This document shows positions 17,087-25,634 of a DNA stretch of 32,000 nt, in pieces. The translations under genes and the position numbers were made by a program. The stretch's first letter is position 1. Each line of letters opens with the position of its first letter. The notes under the pieces are model-generated. The model did no database searches. It was given only the letters and a program-made list of their open reading frames with translations, and had not been told where the DNA came from. Origin of the DNA: Pirellula staleyi DSM 6068 (lineage in GTDB: Bacteria > Planctomycetota > Planctomycetia > Pirellulales > Pirellulaceae). The stretch spans positions 1,560,001-1,592,000 of the forward strand of contig CP001848.1 of the NCBI GenBank assembly GCA_000025185.1, in the 5' to 3' direction.

Positions 17087-17219
17087 TCCTCTGATCGTCG
17101 GTACTGCTTAAAAAACCAACCAGTCCCCAGCGTCGATTCGTTCGGCACTGGGGATTTGGTCTTGGATACCCTCCACTCTCCCCACAGTTGATCTGGTTTA
17201 CTACGAATTGAGCTTTGTC

Positions 17220-17657
17220 ATGCGGAACTATTTGAATCGGTCGCGCGTCGGTTTGTTGATGGTGGCACTGGTGGCTCTGGCAGCCGTGGGCTGCGGCAGC
17301 GGCACCAGCGGAGTCTCGGGCAAAGTGACCATGAATGGTCAGCCTGTCACCGGTGGATCGCTCACCTTTTCCCCCATTTCCTCGGGTGGCACCGATGCGG
17401 GGAAGCCAGCCGCTGGGAATGTGCAAGCCGATGGCTCGTACGTGCTTGGCACCGACTCGGAAAAAGATGGCGCTGCTGCGGGTCGCTACAAAGTTCTCTA
17501 CTCGGCCCCTGCGGCCAAGTATCCCGATGGTGTCGAGCCCCAGCCAGGCATGCAGCCCACCTACTCTCCCTTCCAAAACATGGTTCCCAAGACCGCTGAA
17601 GTGGAAGTGAAGTCGGGCTCGAACACGATTGATATCGAACTCGTTCCACCGCAGTAG
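17220..17657 (+). CDS. Small lipoprotein, carboxypeptidase-regulatory-like partner of DUF1559 proteins
   Basis: ATG 17220 gives MRNYLNRSRVGLLMVALVALAAVG|C (lipobox). The GKVTMNGQPVTGGSLTF...DGSYVL pattern is typical of these partners. Confidence 0.7.
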   Translation: MRNYLNRSRVGLLMVALVALAAVGCGSGTSGVSGKVTMNGQPVTGGSLTFSPISSGGTDAGKPAAGNVQADGSYVLGTDSEKDGAAAGRYKVLYSAPAAKYPDGVEPQPGMQPTYSPFQNMVPKTAEVEVKSGSNTIDIELVPPQ

Positions 17658-17709
17658 TGGTTTGCAGCGTGCATGCTTTGGCTCGCACGCGCGAATGCTC
17701 TGAAACATG

Positions 17710-17742
17710 AAAGACCTGCGGGGCAACTCGCGGGTCTTTTTT
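17710..17742 (+). terminator. Rho-independent terminator
   Basis: gacctgcg (17713..17720) pairs with cgcgggtc (17729..17736), with one G.U pair, across an 8-nt loop. Followed by TTTTTT (17737..17742) and preceded by an A-rich run, so it may work in both directions. Confidence 0.7.
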
Positions 17743-17888
17743 ATTGCGCGGCTGTAGTAGCAATCCCCCTCCGCTCGGACAAGAAACGGAACAGCTCCGG
17801 GCAATCTTGTCGCAAGATCGCCGGAGCTTCGAGTTCGTGCTACGCGGCAGCTGTGTGGGATGCAGAGCTGCTAGAGGCAGTGCTGCGT

Positions 17889-18245
17889 TTAGCGGCTTCC
17901 GGGGGTGCAGCCCGGAGCAGCGCACTTGAGCCATGGCGAGCAAGGGAGCTTGGGCATGCAGACCACTGGTTTGCAGCAGTAGTCGTTGCAGACAAACTGC
18001 GAATTGCCACATGGAATCGCCGGCACGCATTTGCGGCAATAGTCGTCGCAAACGTAGTTTGTCGTCGGGCACGGAATGACCGGCGGGCACTTGGGACAGT
18101 AGTCGTCGCAGCAAGTGCGTGGAGTAGGGCACGGGAGACAAATCGCAGGACCGCGACGTATCTCGGCACTGGCAAAGCTGGCCACCACGAGCAGACCGAG
18201 GATCGGTACTGCCTGAAGGAGTCGCTGGATCGGCTGATGAAACAT
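17889..18245 (-). CDS. Secreted cysteine-rich repeat protein (CDDYCxKC repeats)
   Basis: The track ORF extends to 18452. ATG 18245 gives the signal peptide MFHQPIQRLLQAVPILGLLVVASFASA. 18 Cys in about 90 mature residues. Three ~20-aa repeats: CDDYCPKCPPVIPCPTTNYV / CDDYCRKCVPAIPCGNSQFV / CNDYCCKPVVCMPKLPC. Third codon positions are G/C-rich in this frame. The competing plus-strand ORF would run through the terminator at 17710. Confidence 0.55.
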   Translation of the reverse strand: MFHQPIQRLLQAVPILGLLVVASFASAEIRRGPAICLPCPTPRTCCDDYCPKCPPVIPCPTTNYVCDDYCRKCVPAIPCGNSQFVCNDYCCKPVVCMPKLPCSPWLKCAAPGCTPGSR

Positions 18246-18460
18246 ACTTGCGCCACATCTATCGCGAGGGGATGGGAATCGACAGCCGCGCGGGATTGGT
18301 TTTCGCTCGACCGCCGCACCAACAACACTGAACAAGCTCTTCGCTATCGTCTCCCCACGTTCAAGCGAAAGTGGGGCTGGAAGCGTTTTCCCTGTGCGGC
18401 CCAGTCGCTGGTATCGACCGAGCCACTCACTTTTTAAGCGTCCGACTACCAATCGACCGA

Positions 18461-20086
18461 CTACTCCAGTTCGTCGACCGGTGGAACGGGTGGAACGGCG
18501 GGGCGTGGTTCCATCTCTTCCATCTCTTCCATTTCCATCATCGGTGGTGGCAAACGCTCGATCATGTTAGGCATGGCGTAAGGCATCGGTTGACGGAAGC
18601 GAATTTCCCAGCCGCCACCCATCGCCTTGTAAATTTGCACCATGCTCTTCGCCACGTTCCCTTGCGAAGTGGCATACTCATCTTGCTGCTGCACGAGGAG
18701 CGTTTCGAGATCGAACACCTGGGTGTAGTCGACCTGTCCTTTATCTTCCTTCTGGTTCACCACGCGGACCGCTTCCTGAGCATAGCCCACGCTCTCTTCC
18801 AGTTTGTCGCGCTGCATTTGGTAGCGGAGGAACGAGACAATGGCGTTTTCAGCCTCTTCGTTCGCCACGAGCACCGTCTGCTGATAGGCGGCGATACGCT
18901 GTTCGAGAATCGCGTCTTGCACCGACACCAGGTTGCGGAGGCGACCATAGTTCAGCACATTCCAGCGGAAACCAGGTCCGACCGAACCTTGCCAGGCGTT
19001 CGGGGCAAACAGGTTGGGGAACTGCGATGCTTCCATCGTCAGCGCACCGTTGATCGAGATCGTGGGATAGAGATCGGTCTGAGCGATACCAATTTGTTCC
19101 GACTGGGCAGCGACGAGTCGCTCGGCGCGGCGCACATCGGGACGACGACGGAGCAGCGAAGCAGGGACATCGAGCGTGACCGTATCACCCACCTTCGGCA
19201 CACCCCTGGAAGGCCCGAGGATGTAGCTCAGATCGTGCGGAGGCATTCCCAGCAGCACCGCCAGGCGGTTCTGCGTTTGACGTTTCGCGAGCTCGAGTAG
19301 GTGGACAGCCGCCTCGGTGCGCGTGAGGTTAGCAAGCGACTGTGGCGCGTCGATTTCGCTGTTGATCGCTTCCGCTTTCTTGCGGGCGACACGAATGTCA
19401 GCACTACGCTTTTGCTGCTGGATATTCGTCAGAGCGTAGTCGATGCGCTGTTCGAACGTGCGATAGTCGATGTAGGCCGACGCAGTTTCGGCGATCAGCA
19501 GCACGAGGGCATCGTCGTATGCTTCGATCGACGCATCGAGGTTGGCATCGGCTGCTTCGATCGAGCGGCGATAGCGTCCCCAGAAGTCGAGTTCCCAGCC
19601 GATAGCGCCACCGAGCGACCAGTTGTCGTAGTTGGTGACGAGCAGCCCTGGGGGCAACGCACCACCCTGCGGAAACGTGGCGGTTTGTTGGCTACGCTGT
19701 AGACGCGCGTAATCGCCCGTCAGCTGCTGCGATTGGGGCCAGAGGTTGCCAGCCACTGCGGATCGCATGGCTTGCGACTCGGCGATACGGAAACCAGCTT
19801 CGCGGATCGAGATGTTCTGCTGATAGGCGATTTCGATGACAGCATCGAGTCGTTTATCGTTGAACACCTTCCACCAGTCGGCGCTGAGCATTTCGCCGCG
19901 CTGGACCTTGGGGTTGTAAGAATCGATCCAGTCGTTGGAGACTGGGGCTGCCGGCTTGGCATAGTTGGGGCCAACTTTGAAGCCGTTGCGGAAGTAGCTA
20001 CCGATGCCGGTGCAGCCGCTGCTCGTGGTCAGGACCACGGCTAGCAAGAGCCCGACGAGGCATGAATTGAACGAACGGGAGAGCAT
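18461..20086 (-). CDS. RND efflux outer-membrane factor lipoprotein (NodT/TolC family) with Met/Glu-rich C-terminal extension
   Basis: Lipobox LTTSSG|C. OMF-typical blocks (DLYPTISINGA, YKAMGGGW). AGGAGG Shine-Dalgarno upstream of ATG 20086. About 45 extra residues follow the GGGW end motif. Confidence 0.85.
   Translation of the reverse strand: MLSRSFNSCLVGLLLAVVLTTSSGCTGIGSYFRNGFKVGPNYAKPAAPVSNDWIDSYNPKVQRGEMLSADWWKVFNDKRLDAVIEIAYQQNISIREAGFRIAESQAMRSAVAGNLWPQSQQLTGDYARLQRSQQTATFPQGGALPPGLLVTNYDNWSLGGAIGWELDFWGRYRRSIEAADANLDASIEAYDDALVLLIAETASAYIDYRTFEQRIDYALTNIQQQKRSADIRVARKKAEAINSEIDAPQSLANLTRTEAAVHLLELAKRQTQNRLAVLLGMPPHDLSYILGPSRGVPKVGDTVTLDVPASLLRRRPDVRRAERLVAAQSEQIGIAQTDLYPTISINGALTMEASQFPNLFAPNAWQGSVGPGFRWNVLNYGRLRNLVSVQDAILEQRIAAYQQTVLVANEEAENAIVSFLRYQMQRDKLEESVGYAQEAVRVVNQKEDKGQVDYTQVFDLETLLVQQQDEYATSQGNVAKSMVQIYKAMGGGWEIRFRQPMPYAMPNMIERLPPPMMEMEEMEEMEPRPAVPPVPPVDELE
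18480..18535 (-). repeat. Short in-frame 9-bp tandem repeats inside the OMF tail
   Basis: ggtggaacg x2 (18480..18497, encoding PVPPVP) and ttccatctc x2 plus ttccatttc (18509..18535, encoding EMEEMEEME). Confidence 0.8.
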
Positions 20087-20250
20087 CCTTGCCCCCTCCT
20101 TGGTACGCGTAAGTGGCTGCCGATCCCTGGCGCCACCGATTTAATGCACACACAAGGAAGGATCGGCACACTAGGCACGATCGGATTACTAGGAACGGGG
20201 GGCACCGGTCAGTCTCGCTCACCGGAGCAGCAGGAATCTCCGGCAAAGTT

Positions 20251-20285
20251 TGCCTCGCGAGAGTTGTTGAGCCTCTCGCAAGGCA
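20251..20285 (-). other. Strong intercistronic stem-loop between the RND and OMF genes
   Basis: 13-bp stem, 9-nt loop. The single mismatch is C-A on the plus strand but G.U on the minus-strand transcript, which suggests it functions as RNA in the operon sense. Confidence 0.45.
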
Positions 20286-20296
20286 GTTTGTAGCGA

Positions 20297-23200
20297 TTAG
20301 TGCGTCGCTTTTGCGCTAGCGATGGCAGGTTGTGCTGGTTGTTTGGCTTGCGCGGGCTCTTCCGTAGCGACAACCCGCGGCGAGAGCCATTCGCTCAAGC
20401 CTTGGAAGAGGACGTAGAAGATCGGCACAAAGAACACGCTGAGGACTGTCGAGGCGATCATGCCGCCGAACACCGCCGTGCCGAGCGCCCGCTGACCAGC
20501 GGCACCAGCTCCTTCGGCAATCACCAGTGGCACCACACCCAGGATGAACGCGAACGAGGTCATCAGAATCGGCCGGAAACGCATCCGGGCTGCTTCGACC
20601 GAGGCCTCGACGATCGACTTGCCTTGGTGCCGCAGTTCGCGCGCGAATTCGACGATCAGAATGGCATTTTTGCTCGCCAGGGCGATGATCAGCACGATGC
20701 CGATTTGCGTGTAGAGATTGTTGTCGAGTCCAAGGATCGAAACGGCAGCGATCGCGCCGAGCAGACCGAGTGGCACGACCAGAATCACCGCAATTGGCGT
20801 GATCCAGCTTTCGTACTGCGCGGCGAGCACCAGGTAGACCAGCAGCACCGCCATCACGAAGATGCCGATCGCTTCGTTACCGACCCGCTTCTCTTGGTAG
20901 CTCATGCCGGTCCATTCAAAGCCGATCGACTGCGGCAGTTTTTCGTCGGCAATCGACTCGAGCAGTTTCAGCGAATCCCCTGAGCTGAACCCAGGGGCCG
21001 GTTCGCCACCGACCGAGGCGCTGGGATAGAGGTTGTAGCGCGTGATCGTTTGCGGACCAAACACCGGCTTCACCGCCGCGAGCGTACTCATCGGCACCAT
21101 CTTGCCACTGCTGCTGCGCACTTCCAAACGCAAGATATCTTCGGGCTCGGCCCGAAACTGCGGCTCGGCTTGCACGCGGACTTGATACGTCCGGCCGAAC
21201 TTGTTGAAGTCGTTGACGTAGCTCGAACCGAGATAGGCTTGCAAAGTGCCGAACACATTTAGCAGCGGCACGTCGAGGCTCTTCACTTTCACACGATCGA
21301 CTTCGATGAACAGCTGCGGCACACCAGGGCGGAAGGTCGATCGAATGCTGGCGAGCGAAGGATTCTTCATCCCCTCGTCGATCACTTCCTGCATGGCGGT
21401 TTGAAGTTCGTTGAGACCGACGTCGGCCCGGTCTTGCACCTGCATTTCGAAGCCACCTCGCACACCGAGGCCACGAATTGCCGGAGGGGCAAACGGGAAG
21501 ATCACCGCCTCGTCGATCTCGGCGAATTTGGCCCCCATCATCCCCATGATTTCGTTGAGCGATTGGCCCTCGTGCTGCAGCCGCTCCTCCCAGTTGTCGA
21601 GCGTGACGAAGAGGGTGCCGGCATTCGACGCGGTGCTGTTATCGAGCAGCGACAAACCACCGATCGAGATCCAGTCGGCGACGCCAGGAATCGAAGCGAG
21701 CTTGTCGTCGATTTGACGCATCACCGATTTAGTGCGCTCTTGCGAGGCAGCATCGGGGAGCTGCACGGCGACGAACAGGTAGCCTTGATCTTCGGTAGGC
21801 AAGAAGCCGGTGGGAACGCGGGTGTACCACCAGCCAGTGAGCAAAACGAGCGCGACAAACGCCACCACCACGAGCGCCATTTGGCGGAGCAGTCCACCGA
21901 CGATCCAGATGTAAACGTTTTCGCAGTGGCCATAAACATAGTTAAAACCACGGAAAAAGATGTTCTTCTTGCCGGTTGGTGGCCGGAGCCACAAAGCACA
22001 CTGCGCTGGTTTGAGGGTGACGGCGTTGATGGCCGAGATCACCGCCGTGGCGGCAATGGTGAGGGCGAATTGCCGGTAGAGCTGGCCGGTGATGCCGCTC
22101 ATAGCAGCGCTCGGAATGAACACCGCGAGGAGCACCAGCGTGATGCCGATGATCGGCCCGAGCACTTCATCCATCGCGCGGATCGTTGCCTGTTTGGGCT
22201 TCTCTCCTTTTTCGATGTGATGCGCGGCGTTTTCGACAATCACGATCGCGTCGTCGACCACAATGCCGATCGCCAGCACGAGTCCAAACAGTGTGAGCAT
22301 GTTGACCGAGAACCCGAGCCACGCCATCGCCGCAAAGGCACCGATGAGTGTCACCGGCACGGTGGTCGCAGGAATCAAAACCGCGCGCCAGTCTTGCAGG
22401 AAGACCAGGATCACGATCAGCACCAGCACGCCCGCTTCGAGAAGTGTTTTGTAAACTTCGTGAATCGAGGCTTCCACGAACTTGGTGGTGTTCAGCGGCA
22501 TTGTGTACGAAACGCCTTGCGGAAACGACTTCGCGAGTCGCTCCATGGCATGCTCGACTTCGGTCGTCACTTCGAGGGCGTTGGCGCCGGGAAGCTGGAA
22601 GATACCGATGTTGGCGGTCGGTGCCCCTTGCTTCAGGTTGAACTGATCGTAACTCTGAGCGCCGAGTTCGACCCGGGCGACATCTTTGAGGTAGGTGAGT
22701 CGACCATCTTCTCCCGTTTTAACGACGATATTCTCGAACTGCTCGGGCCGGTTGAGACGACCGAGCGTGCTGACGGTGTACTGAAACGCGAGGGCATTTT
22801 CCGCCACCACCGGAGGCTGACCCACCTGCCCTGCTGCCACTTGCACGTTTTGCTCGGCGACAGCCGCTTGCACATCTTGCACCGTCAGGCCGCGAGCGCG
22901 GAGCTGATCGGGATCGAGCCACAATCGCATGCTGTAGTTGCCGGTGCCGAACACCGTCACTTCACCCACCCCCTTCACGCGGCTGAGTTCGTCGCGAATG
23001 CGGAGCGTGGCGTAGTTGGCTAAAAACAGGCTGTCGAGCTCGGGCTTATCCGAGGCGAGCGTGATCACCAGCAGCAGCGCTGCCGACTGTTTTTTCACGG
23101 TCAAACCTTGGCGTTTGACCTCTTCGGGCAAGAGCGCTTCGGCCGACGAGACACGGTTTTGCACGAGCACTTGGGCATCGTCGAGATTCGTGCCGATTTC

Positions 23201-23485
23201 GAAAGTGACTGTCAGGGAGTACGAACCGTCGCTCGACGAGGTGCTCGACATGTAGAGCATATTCTCGACGCCGTTCACCTGCTGTTCGATCGGCGCAGCG
23301 ACGGTGCTGGCCACCACTTGCGCATCGGCGCCGGGATAGACGCACGTCACACGAACTGTCGGCGGAGTGATTTCGGGGTACTGTTCGACAGGCAAACGCC
23401 ACAGCGCAACGCCGCCGATCACCATCGTGAGGATGGCGATCACATTGGCAAACACAGGATGGTCGATGAAGAATCGCGAGAACAT
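20297..23485 (-). CDS. RND efflux transporter permease, AcrB-like (HAE1-type)
   Basis: 1062 aa. The N-terminus MFSRFFIDHPVFANVIAILTMVIGGVALWRLPVEQYPEITPP parallels AcrB. Twelve-TM architecture with two large periplasmic loops. Confidence 0.95.
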   Translation of the reverse strand: MFSRFFIDHPVFANVIAILTMVIGGVALWRLPVEQYPEITPPTVRVTCVYPGADAQVVASTVAAPIEQQVNGVENMLYMSSTSSSDGSYSLTVTFEIGTNLDDAQVLVQNRVSSAEALLPEEVKRQGLTVKKQSAALLLVITLASDKPELDSLFLANYATLRIRDELSRVKGVGEVTVFGTGNYSMRLWLDPDQLRARGLTVQDVQAAVAEQNVQVAAGQVGQPPVVAENALAFQYTVSTLGRLNRPEQFENIVVKTGEDGRLTYLKDVARVELGAQSYDQFNLKQGAPTANIGIFQLPGANALEVTTEVEHAMERLAKSFPQGVSYTMPLNTTKFVEASIHEVYKTLLEAGVLVLIVILVFLQDWRAVLIPATTVPVTLIGAFAAMAWLGFSVNMLTLFGLVLAIGIVVDDAIVIVENAAHHIEKGEKPKQATIRAMDEVLGPIIGITLVLLAVFIPSAAMSGITGQLYRQFALTIAATAVISAINAVTLKPAQCALWLRPPTGKKNIFFRGFNYVYGHCENVYIWIVGGLLRQMALVVVAFVALVLLTGWWYTRVPTGFLPTEDQGYLFVAVQLPDAASQERTKSVMRQIDDKLASIPGVADWISIGGLSLLDNSTASNAGTLFVTLDNWEERLQHEGQSLNEIMGMMGAKFAEIDEAVIFPFAPPAIRGLGVRGGFEMQVQDRADVGLNELQTAMQEVIDEGMKNPSLASIRSTFRPGVPQLFIEVDRVKVKSLDVPLLNVFGTLQAYLGSSYVNDFNKFGRTYQVRVQAEPQFRAEPEDILRLEVRSSSGKMVPMSTLAAVKPVFGPQTITRYNLYPSASVGGEPAPGFSSGDSLKLLESIADEKLPQSIGFEWTGMSYQEKRVGNEAIGIFVMAVLLVYLVLAAQYESWITPIAVILVVPLGLLGAIAAVSILGLDNNLYTQIGIVLIIALASKNAILIVEFARELRHQGKSIVEASVEAARMRFRPILMTSFAFILGVVPLVIAEGAGAAGQRALGTAVFGGMIASTVLSVFFVPIFYVLFQGLSEWLSPRVVATEEPAQAKQPAQPAIASAKATH

Positions 23486-23495
23486 ATTCCGCTTA

Positions 23496-24908
23496 CTACT
23501 CCTGGCTGTGATCTGCGGGGGACTTCGGCGCTGGCAACACAGCAGGGGTCGACTGGATTGGCTGCGCAGCGGCAGCAGCTGGCTTCGTGGCCACAGGCTT
23601 CGTCGTAGCGGGTTCGGTGGCGCCCGCTGTCGGGGAAGCGGGAGTAGCAGGCGATTCGTCCACTAAATCAAAACGCACCTTCGAACCAGGTCGAGCACGC
23701 TGCAGGCCCGAGATCACCACGTTCTCTCCCTCGCTCAGTCCCGTGCGAATCACGCGATAATCGCCTTCGGTTGGGCCAAGCGTGACCGAGCGTTTTTCGA
23801 CCACGTTGTCGGCGCCGATGATCAGTAAAAAGTCGCCGACCTGATCGGAACCCACCGCTTGCTGTTTCACGAGCAGGCGATCTTGTTCGGGGCTCACGCT
23901 CACGCGCACGCGGACAAACATCCCCGGCACCAGTTGCCCTTCAGGATCGGCCACTTTCACCCGTCGCATGGTGGTGCCGGTGGAAGCGTCGATCCCATAT
24001 TCCGTGTAGTCCATCTCGCCGCTGAAGGCATATTCCTTCGAATCCCCGAGCGCCACTTGAATTTCGTCCGCCTTGGGAACCGGTGACATCGTGGTGGTCA
24101 TCAGTCCTTCGGCGACGCGCTGCTCCATCATCGGCATGTGAGGACGGAGGACCGGTGCCTTCAGCAGATCGCGCTCGCTGACGGTGAAATAGGCGTGGAT
24201 CGGCTCGATCGATTCGATCACCGCGAGCAACGTTTGATCGGCCTGAACGAGGTTTCCTTCGTCGATCAGCTGCATCCCCATACGCCCCGAAATCGGCGCT
24301 GTGATGACGGTGTAGGTGAGGTTGAGATTGGCCGTTTCGTAAGCAGCTTTCGCGGAAGCAACGTTGGCTTCGGCGGTGAAGAATTCGGCCCGATCGGTTT
24401 CGAGTTGCTGGGCCGAAGTGGCGCGGCCATCGAGCAGCGTTTGCGTCCGGTCGTAGTTCGATTTGAAACGATCGCGAACCGCCATCGCTCGATCGAGATT
24501 GGCCTTGGCAGCATCGCGCTCGTAGAGGAACGGCTCTTGATCGATCACGAACAGCGGCTGTCCTTCAACAACGATCGCACCATCTTTTACGTTGCACTCT
24601 TTGAGATAGCCTCGCACTCGCGAACGAATCTCGACCCGCACATCGGCACGCGTGGTGCCGGTGAACGTCATCCACTCGCGCAGTTTGCGCTTCGTGGGGA
24701 CTGAGGAGCGCACCAAGGGCCATTTCATCGGATCGTCGGCAGGTGCGACCGCTGTTGCTGCCGGTGCAGCCGCCGGTTTGGATTCTTCGCTCGCCGAGAG
24801 CAACTTACCGAGATAGCCGTAGCGTTCGAGAGCGACGCCGCCGAACACCAGGGTCAGCAGCACGCCACCGATGATCAAGAACTTCGACTTCTTCACCCAG
24901 AGATTCAT
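23496..24908 (-). CDS. RND efflux periplasmic adaptor (membrane fusion protein, HlyD/AcrA family)
   Basis: The track ORF extends to 25046. ATG 24908 (MNLWVKKSKFLIIGGVLLTLVFGG, a membrane anchor) has AGGA 8 nt upstream. It has the coiled-coil, lipoyl and beta-barrel regions typical of the family. Pro/Ala/Thr-rich ~55-aa C-terminal tail. Confidence 0.85.
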   Translation of the reverse strand: MNLWVKKSKFLIIGGVLLTLVFGGVALERYGYLGKLLSASEESKPAAAPAATAVAPADDPMKWPLVRSSVPTKRKLREWMTFTGTTRADVRVEIRSRVRGYLKECNVKDGAIVVEGQPLFVIDQEPFLYERDAAKANLDRAMAVRDRFKSNYDRTQTLLDGRATSAQQLETDRAEFFTAEANVASAKAAYETANLNLTYTVITAPISGRMGMQLIDEGNLVQADQTLLAVIESIEPIHAYFTVSERDLLKAPVLRPHMPMMEQRVAEGLMTTTMSPVPKADEIQVALGDSKEYAFSGEMDYTEYGIDASTGTTMRRVKVADPEGQLVPGMFVRVRVSVSPEQDRLLVKQQAVGSDQVGDFLLIIGADNVVEKRSVTLGPTEGDYRVIRTGLSEGENVVISGLQRARPGSKVRFDLVDESPATPASPTAGATEPATTKPVATKPAAAAAQPIQSTPAVLPAPKSPADHSQE

Positions 24909-25297
24909 GGAACATTCCTTCGGTGGACCTCGCCGCGCCAGCATCTCGTCGAGCGGCTTGCGCGGTCCCATCACCAGCACGAAACAGATTTCGCAGAACG
25001 TCGCCGAGTTCGTCAGCTTCACGACCCGCCCTGAAGAGACGCACACGCCCTATCGGTGCGCATGGCTGCTACGAGCGATAGTCGTGTGGCAGTCCGGCCG
25101 ATCGACAAATCCTTGCGAGCACCCTTGCAGCTAGATCGACGCGGCGTGATGTGTCACGAGCGCGAGAAGCTGTAGCGATCGCGGAGACTCTGTGGAGTAT
25201 CGGCAGGATTCGTTTAGGAAGCTAACGATTAGCGTCCGCACGATTTTAGTTAACCTACTCCCCCAAAGGCAAGAGATTTTCTGCGCTACGCAGTAAA

Positions 25298-25321
25298 GAA
25301 AAGCGGCCAGCCGCACTTTTC
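25298..25321 (-). terminator. Candidate terminator downstream of nrdB
   Basis: gaaaagcggc pairs with gccgc(a)cttttc (10 bp, one bulge). On the minus strand the GC core is followed by TTTTCTTT. A second hairpin, ctgcg-cta-cgcag, lies at 25281..25293. Confidence 0.4.
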
Positions 25322-25634
25322 CGGCGATTGACGACTCCAAAACGAAGAGGGAGCCGCTCGGCAAAGGTTCGGGGCTGATGCACAGCCAGCCGCCAGTTGT
25401 CAGGAGGCTCGGCTGGCTTGGAAACGTGCTGGCGGACTGCCAGGATGACAGTAAGTGTTTTTCATTATTCGACTTAGGGCGTTTTCTGCTAGGTTTCTGG
25501 CCGCTCCGCCAGATTGCGCCTATTAATAGGTCTCGCTTTAAGTCAGCCACTCCCCTGGGAAATGGCTGACCCACGATCGACCGCCTGCAAATGCTACAAG
25601 CTGTGTAGCAGATGCTCCTCCAACACTCCGCTAA

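Noticed and set aside
25131-25574. 147-aa minus-strand ORF in the nrdB-efflux spacer.
   Set aside because: It has no start signals, a low-complexity non-protein-like sequence, and it spans obvious hairpins and a palindrome.
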